Source: an uncultured Acidobacteriota bacterium (GTDB taxonomy: Bacteria > Acidobacteriota > Terriglobia > Acidiferrales > UBA7541). From it: a stretch of 64,000 nt of DNA. The notes under the pieces are model-generated. The model made no database searches and had not been told where the DNA came from. It worked only from the letters and a program-made list of their open reading frames with translations. Both the position numbers and the translations under genes were made by a program. Shown here one piece after another: positions 9,817 through 18,287 of the stretch. Location: positions 115,035 through 179,034 of the forward strand of contig CAVQZU010000130.1 in the NCBI GenBank assembly GCA_963718485.1, in the 5' to 3' direction. Positions within the stretch are counted from its first letter, which is position 1. Each line of letters begins with the position of its first letter.

Positions 9817-11001
9817 CTATTTCTTCCCGGTGAACGTAAAGAAGTTACTCAAGCCACTGCTGCGTTTCGAAGCTGGCCCGCGCACATTACCTACAAGCTG
9901 GTCGGCCAACTGACGGTAATGATCGGTAAGAACGTTATTGTGATTCTCCATCAGCGGTGTGCCTAAGTTCATCGCCGTGCTTGCTTTGCGAAAATCATTG
10001 GGCAGGCACGCGAAGACGGAATGCTTGGTCTCTTTTTCAATGCTCTTGAGCGGCTCTTCATCGCCCTTGTGCCAGCGATTGACGACCACCCGAATACGGT
10101 CGGCTTCGACGCCCAGCCCTGTCAACGCCAACAGCCGCCGTTGCAGAGTCCACAGAGAGGGGACGTTCGCTTCGGCCACCATCATTATCATACGCGCCGA
10201 TCTCAACACCGGGCTCAAGTCGGAAGAAAAGTGTGCCCCCACGTCCGCCAGCACAACGTCAAACGCCGCCTGAGCCACATTTACCACGCGCTCAAGGGGA
10301 GCCATTGGTATGCTCTGCCATTCCTCCGGCTGCATCGCCCCGCCAAGAATTTCCAACTTCGATTTGTGCCGCTCCAATAGGCCTGAGAAGAAATGGCTAT
10401 CCAGCCGGTCCAAATTGTCGATGGCGTCGCGGATGCCAAAGCGCGGATGCAGATCCAGCATCAGATGGGCAGTGCCGAGCGGTCGCGCAAAATCGAGCAG
10501 AACCGCTCGCTTCTGCGAGTGCGCGCAGAGTTGCACACCAAGATTCACCGCGACAGTCGTCGCGCCTACCCCACCTTTCGAGCCCATCACGACGACCAGT
10601 TTCTGCGCCGCGCGGGAAGCGGCATGCCCCTCCTGATTAAAGCGGGCGAGAATGTCCTGCAGAGCTTCGGACGTGACAGGTTTGGAGACAAAATCCTGAA
10701 CGCCACAGCGCATCGCGTCGAGCAAGACTTGAGGATTGAGAGGGTTTGTCGCTGAGCACGCGATCAGCCGCATCGAAGGCCGCATCCGCCGCAGGTGTGT
10801 ACCGAAGGTGAAATACGGTTCCGGATCGCGCGCCAGATCGAGCAGCACAATATCGGCAATCGTCTCGCTAGCCTCAGGCAGCTTATCGGCAGGAAGAATC
10901 CATTGCCGAATCGAAGCGCTAACGAGACCTGTCTGCTGCAAGCACGCCAGCAGTTGTGCTGCACTTCCCGCATCACCGCTGACAATCGCTGCCGTTAACA
11001 T
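9817..11001 (-). CDS. cpaE: TadZ/CpaE: receiver-like N-domain plus atypical ParA/MinD ATPase
   Basis: N-terminal receiver-like fold (...ADIVLLDLARD...FVSKPV) followed by VVVMGSKGGVGATTVAVNLG. This is the deviant Walker A without the GK[ST] lysine, as in TadZ. Confidence 0.8.
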   Translation of the reverse strand: MLTAAIVSGDAGSAAQLLACLQQTGLVSASIRQWILPADKLPEASETIADIVLLDLARDPEPYFTFGTHLRRMRPSMRLIACSATNPLNPQVLLDAMRCGVQDFVSKPVTSEALQDILARFNQEGHAASRAAQKLVVVMGSKGGVGATTVAVNLGVQLCAHSQKRAVLLDFARPLGTAHLMLDLHPRFGIRDAIDNLDRLDSHFFSGLLERHKSKLEILGGAMQPEEWQSIPMAPLERVVNVAQAAFDVVLADVGAHFSSDLSPVLRSARMIMMVAEANVPSLWTLQRRLLALTGLGVEADRIRVVVNRWHKGDEEPLKSIEKETKHSVFACLPNDFRKASTAMNLGTPLMENHNNVLTDHYRQLADQLVGNVRGPASKRSSGLSNFFTFTGKK

Positions 11002-11059
11002 AAAGCTGACGTCCCATTCCGAAGATTCATGCCATTAAGACTCGTGAAAACTGCCACTG

Positions 11060-12604
11060 TTATTTCCCGGTTGGTACACTCGGTTGCGCTGCTCCTGTCG
11101 GCGCCAGGTACGGGACCACAATCTGCGGCCCGGGCGGCACCTCGTTTGGTCCAAGAGGACGCACGACGCGCGGCGTTACGATTACCAAAAGCTCGTTGCG
11201 GCTTTTGGTTGTCGAGCGGCTCTGAAATAGCTTCCCCAGGATCGGGATATCGCCGATGCCCGGGATCTTGTCCAATGACTGCTGCACCTGGTTATCGATG
11301 AGCCCTGCGATCGCGAAGGTCTGCCCGTCCCGCAAATCCATTTCTGATTCTACGCGGCGAGTCGACAGGGCTGGAATCGTGAAGCCCTGCAGGGTGACCG
11401 CGTTTGTGAAGTCAAGCGAGCTCACTTCGGGCGCCACCTTCAAATGAATCAGTCCATCCGGCTCAATCGTCGGCGTGAAATTCAGCCGCACGCCGAACTC
11501 CTTGAATTGAATCGTGATTGCAGGAGCCCCACCGGCTCCACCCGTAGATTGGACAACCGGATAAGGAAATTGTCCACCAGCCAAAAACGACGCGTCCTTG
11601 CCAGACGCGGTCAACAAGTTCGGTTCCGCTAGGATTTGAAGTATGCTCTGGGCCTGTAGAGCTTGGATCGTTGCAGCCAGGTTGATGTCTGGCCGGAAAA
11701 TAAACAGGTTGAGCAGGTTGCTCAGGTTGAATCCGCCGGCGGTCACGGTAGTCGAAGAAGACGTGGAGGTGGTGGTGGAGGAAACGCCAGTGGAAGTGAG
11801 ACCGCCGTTCAGCGCAGGCGGACCGAACTGCTGCGTCGAAATCGTGCCGATATTCTTCGCGCCTGGCAGACTCAGAATATTCACTCCGAACTGGCTGACG
11901 ACCGAGCGATCCACTTCGGCGAACTTTACCTCCAGCAGAATCTCCCCAGGCTGAACCGCAGGCGTCGAAATCAGACTGGTGACTTTCGGAGTTGCGTTCT
12001 TCACCACTTCCAAAATCTTTTCAGCCACGGCAGCGGATGAAGCATGCCCGGAAAGTATTACCGAGTCCTTTGACGTTTCAATCTGTACTTGTTCGGTGGG
12101 GAACACTTCGTGAATCTTCTCACTCAGACTCAAAATATCGATGTCGACCGAAACCTCAAACGCCTGCGTCTGGTCCGAATCATCCCATAGCAGAAGGGAA
12201 ACGCCCCCCGGAGTTTTCCCATTGATCAATACCTGATTCGGATTGACGACGATGGCATCCGCGATCGTAGGATCAGCTACGGAAACTCGCCGGATTCGCG
12301 TGGGTGACGTGATTACAAGAGAGCGTCCTACCATCAGGTGAAGCACTTGCGGCGCTTCCGCTGCTTCCGTAGGCACTTGTTGCGTGGTTGTAGCAGCGCC
12401 TTGTGCACTTGGAGCGGCTGCCTCCACGGGCACGGCACCTTGCGGGACGCCTGCAACTGACGCGGTAGCGCTCTGCTGTCGCGCATCCATATCGGGGGAC
12501 GCCCCCAAAAACGTTCCCGCGGAAATCACGAGCGCCAGGGCAATGTTTTTCAGGTTGATCATTTTGAAATTTTGGGACATCCAAATCTCCCGTAAATTCC
12601 TCAT
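11060..12604 (-). CDS. cpaC: CpaC/RcpA outer-membrane secretin
   Basis: Signal peptide, a BON-like N-domain, and a secretin C-domain ending IPGIGDIPILGKLFQSRSTTKSRNELLVIVTPRVV. ATGA overlap with the cpaB stop; the alternative start is Met9 at 12580. Confidence 0.85.
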   Translation of the reverse strand: MRNLREIWMSQNFKMINLKNIALALVISAGTFLGASPDMDARQQSATASVAGVPQGAVPVEAAAPSAQGAATTTQQVPTEAAEAPQVLHLMVGRSLVITSPTRIRRVSVADPTIADAIVVNPNQVLINGKTPGGVSLLLWDDSDQTQAFEVSVDIDILSLSEKIHEVFPTEQVQIETSKDSVILSGHASSAAVAEKILEVVKNATPKVTSLISTPAVQPGEILLEVKFAEVDRSVVSQFGVNILSLPGAKNIGTISTQQFGPPALNGGLTSTGVSSTTTSTSSSTTVTAGGFNLSNLLNLFIFRPDINLAATIQALQAQSILQILAEPNLLTASGKDASFLAGGQFPYPVVQSTGGAGGAPAITIQFKEFGVRLNFTPTIEPDGLIHLKVAPEVSSLDFTNAVTLQGFTIPALSTRRVESEMDLRDGQTFAIAGLIDNQVQQSLDKIPGIGDIPILGKLFQSRSTTKSRNELLVIVTPRVVRPLGPNEVPPGPQIVVPYLAPTGAAQPSVPTGK

Positions 12605-13440
12605 TGCTCAGTAAAGCTCTTCGTCTCGCGCTTGCTTCCTGTAATGACCTCGACCTGGTAGGCAGTCGGCGCCGGAGCAGCCGCTTTCGGAGCAACGTGC
12701 CGCGCAACAATTGGGGCGGGAGCGGGAGCACCTGAAGAGAAGAGGGTGGTTTGAAGCACCGCTGGAGGCATGCTGTTGTCGGTGTCCACCGTATTCCGAA
12801 GAGCCAGTTGAATCTTTCCCTGCGTGCTGCCCATAGCGAGTTTGGTTGCGTCTTCAGCGGACACGAGCAAGGTAATGACCGAGACAGTTTGGGGCTTCCC
12901 TTCCTGATCCTGTTGCACTTTTTGCCCAGCAGCCAGGACACGCACGTTTTCAAGGATTGTTCGCGTAACGTTTCCTCCGGCTTGCCCCCCGGGAACGGCT
13001 CCGGTAACCATCACATCTACCATCGTTCCGGGCGTGACGAATCCAGCGACGCCGATCACGTCGTTTACCGCAACGGACATCGCCCGCATTCCTGGTGGAA
13101 TGACGGCCGCAAGCCCGGCGCCAGCGGCTGCCGGAGCCAGCTTGCCTTGCAGGATCGGTTCGTTCTCTACGACGGGAGTGATCAGAGCGCGGTTCGTGCA
13201 ATCCTGAATTCGCGTGCACATTCCGGTGACGGGCTGGTTCGCCGGCCAAGAAACCGTTCGCACCATCGAACTATCAAGCCGCGTGCCAAGAGGCAGCGCC
13301 TTGGCCGCCACCACGATTTGGCGCGTGGACTGGGGTTTCACGGCCGTCGCTTCCTGGAACTTGCGATATACAAAATTGCTCACCAGCAAAGCGACTAACA
13401 AGGAGACGCCCAACCCGATCAGCATCCGATTTCGACTCAT
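12601..13440 (-). CDS. cpaB: CpaB/RcpC pilus assembly protein
   Basis: N-terminal TM anchor, then SAF/RcpC-type sequence (VVAAKALPLGTRL...GMRAMSVAVNDVIGVAGFVTPGTMVDVMVTG). AAGGAG RBS. Confidence 0.8.
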   Translation of the reverse strand: MSRNRMLIGLGVSLLVALLVSNFVYRKFQEATAVKPQSTRQIVVAAKALPLGTRLDSSMVRTVSWPANQPVTGMCTRIQDCTNRALITPVVENEPILQGKLAPAAAGAGLAAVIPPGMRAMSVAVNDVIGVAGFVTPGTMVDVMVTGAVPGGQAGGNVTRTILENVRVLAAGQKVQQDQEGKPQTVSVITLLVSAEDATKLAMGSTQGKIQLALRNTVDTDNSMPPAVLQTTLFSSGAPAPAPIVARHVAPKAAAPAPTAYQVEVITGSKRETKSFTEQ

Positions 13441-13453
13441 GAACCCAATCTCC

Positions 13454-13999
13454 TTAACTGATCAAGTGCCAGTTCGCCGCCACGAAACAAATGAGCGTGC
13501 CTATCGCCGCCGCCACGCCAAACGGTAGCTTCAGCCTATCGGGATTATCGAGCGAAATTTCAGGATGCGGGCGGAAACCAAACGCAAGAAATCCCATCAT
13601 GAGTAGCCCGACATTGCGAAGGGTCTCACGAACTCGCTTGGCTCGAATCATCGAGATGACCGCCATTGCGCCCGCTACCATGACGCTAGCGAACAGCACG
13701 AACCAGAGCATCACAGGCCCCACGAACGCCCCCACCGCACCCATGAGTTTCCAATCTCCTGCCCCGAGCGCCCGCAAAAGCACCAATGGTAGCAGTATCA
13801 GGAGGCCAACCCCAACTCCTTCAAGAGCCATCAGTCCGCCCCGCCACCCACCGAAAATCAGGTGGACAGCTACACCCGTCACGAAACCTGAAACCGTAAG
13901 CCAATTCGGTATCCGCCGGGTCTTTCCGTCAATGCAACCCGCCCCGGCAACGAGAGCCAGAGTGAGAAACCAAATTACTTGATTTCCCATCAGATGCAT
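13454..13999 (-). CDS. tadV: A24-family prepilin peptidase (TadV/CpaA)
   Basis: Two catalytic Asp contexts, CIDGKTRRIPN and LGAGDWKLMGAVG, in a polytopic membrane protein. The start was chosen at Met35 of the track ORF so that it does not overlap flp2. Confidence 0.8.
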   Translation of the reverse strand: MHLMGNQVIWFLTLALVAGAGCIDGKTRRIPNWLTVSGFVTGVAVHLIFGGWRGGLMALEGVGVGLLILLPLVLLRALGAGDWKLMGAVGAFVGPVMLWFVLFASVMVAGAMAVISMIRAKRVRETLRNVGLLMMGFLAFGFRPHPEISLDNPDRLKLPFGVAAAIGTLICFVAANWHLIS

Positions 14000-14036
14000 C
14001 GAGAGTGATCCGTCACCAAAACCTATCACGTCAGCC

Positions 14037-14210
14037 CTATGTGGAGCTTGAGAGATTCCTGGCTGCGTTAGCCCAAACTGAATTAATCGCCGCGGCCACA
14101 CTGACCATCGCCGATATGGAAACTAGAGCGATAAGGACCAGCAGCAAGGCGTATTCACTCAGATCCTGACCCGTTTGGTCACACCAAAACAGCTTTAGAT
14201 ACGATTTCAT
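14037..14210 (-). CDS. flp: Flp pilin 2 (57 aa)
   Basis: Below the track length cutoff. My translation is MKSYLKLFWCDQTG/QDLSEYALLLVLIALVSISAMVSVAAAINSVWANAARNLSSST*. It has the Flp processing motif G/xxxxEY followed by a hydrophobic helix. GAGG RBS. Confidence 0.75.
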   Translation of the reverse strand: MKSYLKLFWCDQTGQDLSEYALLLVLIALVSISAMVSVAAAINSVWANAARNLSSST

Positions 14211-14212
14211 AA

Positions 14213-14262
14213 CTCCACCTCAAATTCCAGAGACGTTCTCAGACGTCCCCAAGCAGGTGGAG
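14213..14262 (-). promoter_or_regulatory. Structured flp1-flp2 intergenic RNA that can occlude the flp2 Shine-Dalgarno
   Basis: In mRNA sense, CTCCACCT (14262-14255) is the perfect complement of AGGTGGAG (14220-14213), which contains the flp2 SD. The loop holds an inner GACGT-ctgaga-ACGTC hairpin. Confidence 0.35.
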
Positions 14263-14307
14263 GAGAAACATCTTCGAATTTCGCCCAAGGAATCAGCGGT
14301 GCTCAGA

Positions 14308-14484
14308 TTAACCAGTTGCACTGCTCAGGCTGGCCGCTGCGTTACTGAATGCGTTCTCGATCGCCGAGGCAAGGCTCTTCATCGCGGTAATGGCGACAAG
14401 AGCGACGAGGACCAATAGGAGCCCATATTCGGTCAGGTCTTGGCCATCCTCATCCTTCCACAACCGATTCAAAAGTTCGATCAT
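14308..14484 (-). CDS. flp: Flp pilin 1 (58 aa)
   Basis: MIELLNRLWKDEDG/QDLTEYGLLLVLVALVAITAMKSLASAIENAFSNAAASLSSATG*. It has the Flp motif and a GAGGGG RBS. The track ORF start at 14571 is an upstream extension. Confidence 0.85.
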   Translation of the reverse strand: MIELLNRLWKDEDGQDLTEYGLLLVLVALVAITAMKSLASAIENAFSNAAASLSSATG

Positions 14485-14737
14485 TTCGCTTCCCCTCATA
14501 TACCGATCAAATGCAAAATAGCGACCTAAAGCACACCGATCGTCGCCTTGGCTGTGTTGAGCATCTCTCACGCCATTCCACCAATGAAGCCAAAGATTCC
14601 CGTAATATGCTGTTTATGCTATACTTAGGGTGAATTGGGGACAAAAACATAAGGCGGGAGGGATTGCAGCTAGCTAAAGTGTAACCGGCAAGAGACATCT
14701 AATCACCGTTGTCGCACCTTTTCGGAGAGATAGGCCG

Positions 14738-16522
14738 CTAGTCAGAGGGTGCCAGAAGATTGCCAGCCGGCTCGCTCCAGCCACGGCACGCGTTCTTGGT
14801 CGGCCAGAACTCATCGTCGGCAACAACGGACAGCATTGGAGTCCGCAAACAACCGATAAAATATACGCGAACGTGATTGTCATGACTGCGGAAGACGAGC
14901 GGAAGATCGCGCTCCAAAATCCGCATTCGTGCGTGGCCTTTTTTATACGCCTCTATTGTTTCGAAGCCGAAATCATCGTCGGAAAAGACCCAATATTGGG
15001 CCCCAATTGCCATGGGAACATCAGTCATGTGATCAAGGTCCTTCTCCAGCAGCGAGTGGTCACGAAACTCCACTGTTGTGAAGGTAAATGGGCGAGTAGC
15101 CAACCTCCCGGTGTACAGGTACAGAGTCGCATCTTCATAGGCAACCAAACGAGCATCGGAAGGCGCAAAGCGCGAGATCCAATCGTAAGCCTGGCGCTTC
15201 TCTTGCAATAGGATTCCGCGCCGCCTGGCCAAGTCCGTCAACGAATCGCGCCCCGCGCCGAAATAGTTCACCATCATAAGGGAGATGAATACAATCACCA
15301 GCGCGCTCAATGCAGTCGCAAGAACCTTCTCTGATTTGGCGCCGGAGGCGATCGCCACAGATACCATCCGAAGAAGATACTTGCCTTCCAGCCAAATTCC
15401 GGCTGCGAAGAGCGGAAGGAAAGGAATCAGAAACCGGCTCACATCCGGGTAGGTCCAGAGAACGGTCACGCAAGCATAGAACGGCAAAACAAAATGAATA
15501 GGCCTGAATCCATTTTTTCGCGCCTCGCGAAAAACGCCCGCTAGTGTCACAGCAGCTAACACGACCACTATAACGGTTCCAAGGATTGTCTTAGGCTGCA
15601 CCAGAGGAAACAGGAGATAGGTCGCCGGGGCAACGAGGAAAATGAGAGTATTGCTTTTCAACATCATCACGAAAGCCGCGACCGTCGGAACACCCTGCTT
15701 CCAGACATTGATGTAGCTGGTGTAGTAGGCCCATGTATGGACCCAGCCCAGACTAGATGCAGCAGCGCCCGAGACAGGCGGTACCATCGCGCGAGCGGAG
15801 ACCGTTTTCCAAAAAAGGAAAGTTAAAAAGGGAGCCACGGATCCGCAAAAAAATAACGCCGGCCGCCATGCTCGATAGGCGAACAGGGCCAGACCAATGC
15901 CAGCAGCCACCGGAACTCCGAAGGCTCGTGTCAACATACCAAACCCCACGAGAACACCACAGCCCGTGGCGGTGAGCGCAGACGGACTAGACTCTATGAG
16001 CCCCTCCGCAACGAGCATCCCTCCCAGGGATAGAGCTGCGAACGGAATCTCGGTAAGCACACTGCCGCCATATAAAAGAACCACGGGATGCAAGGCACAA
16101 AAACCAGTCAGGATCAGTGCCTCGGCTTCGCTGAGGTCCTTAAACCGTCGCAAGAACACAAAGGCAAAAGCTATATAAAGAACACCGAACGCGACGCTGA
16201 TTGCTATGGCGCCAGTCAGGTTCGAAGGGAAAGAAGGATTCCATCGCCAAACCCACGAAAGAAGCCACGGATAAAAAACCGGATATTTTGTTGCTAACGG
16301 TGTTCCAGGGAAACTCGCCAGTACATACCCCTGGCCTCCCGCGATACCCTTCGCGGAGCTAAAGTAAATCGAGTCGTCCTCCGTCTCCCCGAAAAGATTT
16401 GCTGGATGGAGCCGAACAACCTCCACAACAAAAGCGGCCAGAATGCAGGCCAGGCCTAACCAAGGGAGAAGCTTCCGCCAGGGAAACTGCGTCCTGTCAG
16501 CCGCTGGAGTTATCTCTTCCAT
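14738..16522 (-). CDS. Polytopic GT-C-type (ArnT/PMT-like) membrane glycosyltransferase candidate
   Basis: 594 aa from the ATG at 16522, with about 12 TM helices. The first periplasmic loop GETEDDSIYFSSAKGIAGGQGY resembles the GT-C acidic (D/E)(D/E)xxY motif, and there is a soluble C-terminal domain. The upstream 85 codons of the track ORF belong to the preceding gene. Confidence 0.6.
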   Translation of the reverse strand: MEEITPAADRTQFPWRKLLPWLGLACILAAFVVEVVRLHPANLFGETEDDSIYFSSAKGIAGGQGYVLASFPGTPLATKYPVFYPWLLSWVWRWNPSFPSNLTGAIAISVAFGVLYIAFAFVFLRRFKDLSEAEALILTGFCALHPVVLLYGGSVLTEIPFAALSLGGMLVAEGLIESSPSALTATGCGVLVGFGMLTRAFGVPVAAGIGLALFAYRAWRPALFFCGSVAPFLTFLFWKTVSARAMVPPVSGAAASSLGWVHTWAYYTSYINVWKQGVPTVAAFVMMLKSNTLIFLVAPATYLLFPLVQPKTILGTVIVVVLAAVTLAGVFREARKNGFRPIHFVLPFYACVTVLWTYPDVSRFLIPFLPLFAAGIWLEGKYLLRMVSVAIASGAKSEKVLATALSALVIVFISLMMVNYFGAGRDSLTDLARRRGILLQEKRQAYDWISRFAPSDARLVAYEDATLYLYTGRLATRPFTFTTVEFRDHSLLEKDLDHMTDVPMAIGAQYWVFSDDDFGFETIEAYKKGHARMRILERDLPLVFRSHDNHVRVYFIGCLRTPMLSVVADDEFWPTKNACRGWSEPAGNLLAPSD

Positions 16523-18064
16523 TGTTCCGTGCGAACAAATAGCGCACTGACATCGTCGATGTAAATCCGCCTCCAATCCGGGGATGAGGCGAGAACCGTC
16601 GGCCAACGGTTCAGCACGCTTCACAAGACAGGACCGCACACCATATTGTTCAAGAATCGCGAGTGCGCCTGGTTGCAGCCAGGAAATGTGCAAATAGTCC
16701 TCAAGCACCCCGCCTCGCTCGTAAACGTCGCCGCGGCCGTCGATGAAGACCTTCTGTTCGGGCCCCCGAGACCACACCGATATCCGCCAAACCCGTAATT
16801 GTTGTACATCGGTCCAGGCACCGGATGTCTCTTCAAATAGTCCACCGCAGCCACCGGAAAAGACTTCGCGACGGTCTGGTTTAGCTGCTCAGCTGTAGGC
16901 AAATAGTGGATTATGCCAACCGCTACGCACGCCATGATGAGAGCGTTCAGCACGAATTTGTCCTTTTGGGGCTCATACCTTGGAATCCAGCGCGCTGAGA
17001 ATCGAGGAAAACGCGGCCACGAAGAACGGGACGAAGATGAGGAGAAAGCGCACGTGGAGACAAGCCATCATCGTGCCGAAAAGAAACAGCACCATTTCCT
17101 CCAGCCGCCACTCAAACCGACCCATGACCTGAGCAAGAATCAGTGCAAGAAGCGAGAAGAGAAACAACTTTCCAGCCGGAATACCGAATGGCATGGATTG
17201 CCACTCGGTGATGTATTTGACATTGAGGGGCAGAGAGAGGGCGAACTCGACGGGCGAGGCCGCAACCCTTGCCCCGTATGGGGTTATGGGAAGCATGGCG
17301 AGGCACAGCAGGAACGCAAAACTGATGCCGCGACGCTCGGTATCGGTCCATCGCTTGGCGTTGAGGCTTCCGATTTCGAACTCGACCAAGCCACTCATCC
17401 AGTAAACGAAGATTGTCCCCAGTCCAATAATCCATGAACCGTGAGTGTTCACCCACAGCAGCATCAACAGGGGCAGAAACCACAGAGCGCCCATTTTTCC
17501 TTGGCGGAACCGCTCGAGGGCGATGAGCGTGAGAATGAGAAACAAATAACCCAGCATCTGCGGCCGCAAGGTGAACGACACCGACGCTAAAAGAAACAGG
17601 ACGACCGAGGTTACGAACCCAACCTTCGAATTGCCTGAGCGCACCGTCGCCAAGCCGTAGAGCGCAAGCATCACGGCGCTCCCCAGCAGAATCATCAGAA
17701 CCTCGAGCCCGCGAACGCCCGCGAGGTGATACCCCGCAGCCAGGACCAGGTCTCCGAGCCATTCGTAGGCCAGCCACGGTTGTCGTAATACAGTGAAGGA
17801 GTAAATGTCTTCAGTCGGCCAGTGGCGCGTTGCGAGAATCGTCTCTCCGACTTTTACATGCCACCACAAATCCGGATCGACTATGAAAAGCCGCGCGTAG
17901 CACGCCACCGTTGCCACAAGCAAGCTCGCGAGCATTGCCGGGAACGAGCACACGCGTTGGAGAAGTTCGATTCTGCTGGTTTTGGCTTCAGCGCCGGGAG
18001 CAAACGCCACACGAATGCCGCGGGCTACAGTGCTCATTTGCATCGGGATATTTATCTCTTCCAT
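16510..18064 (-). pseudogene. Polytopic membrane protein (GT-C-like), disrupted by three frame changes
   Basis: ORF 16973..18064 (363 aa, with the loop HWPTEDIYSF) ends at a TGA. The protein continues PRYEPQKDKFVLNALIMACVAVGIIHYLPTAEQL...YNNYGFGGY in the frame of ORF 16621..16953. It then reads WSRGPEQKVFIDGRGDVYERGGVLEDYLHISWLQPGALAILEQYGVRSCLVKRAEPLA in the 5' part of ORF 14738..16777. Finally VLASSPDWRRIYIDDVSALFVRTEQWKR* is in another frame, with its stop at 16512-16510 overlapping the next ATG. Shifts lie near 16985-17000, 16780 and 16600. Confidence 0.6.
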
Positions 18065-18167
18065 GTTTCAAGGCCGTCAACAAATGGGCTCATTCGTTCT
18101 GTTGTGGCGCCGTAACACCTGTCTTTTCAGCGTCCATTTCGGCGACAGAAATTCACCTGTCTATTCA

Positions 18168-18184
18168 ATGCAGTCACCGTTCCA
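18168..18184 (-). promoter_or_regulatory. Candidate sigma-54 (-24/-12) promoter for the GT-C gene pair
   Basis: The reverse strand reads TGGAACggtgaCTGCAT versus the consensus TGGCAC-N5-TTGC. GG-N10-GC spacing is exact, with two mismatches. It lies about 105 nt upstream of the ATG at 18064 and about 100 nt downstream of the stop of the adjacent sigma-54 activator gene. Confidence 0.3.
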
Positions 18185-18287
18185 AACTGGACTTTAGGCT
18201 TGGGGCTCAGCGAGCGACGAGCACAGAAACACATCTCCCGCGGCGCGCATACTCGTGAACCAAGACGAGGAGTTCCGACCTCCGACC

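Noticed and set aside
16971-16976. The in-frame TGA ending ORF 16973..18064 as a selenocysteine codon, considered because selA is in the window.
   Set aside because: Reading through in the same frame gives nonsense and a nearby stop. The homologous continuation is clearly in the +1 frame, so this is a frameshift.
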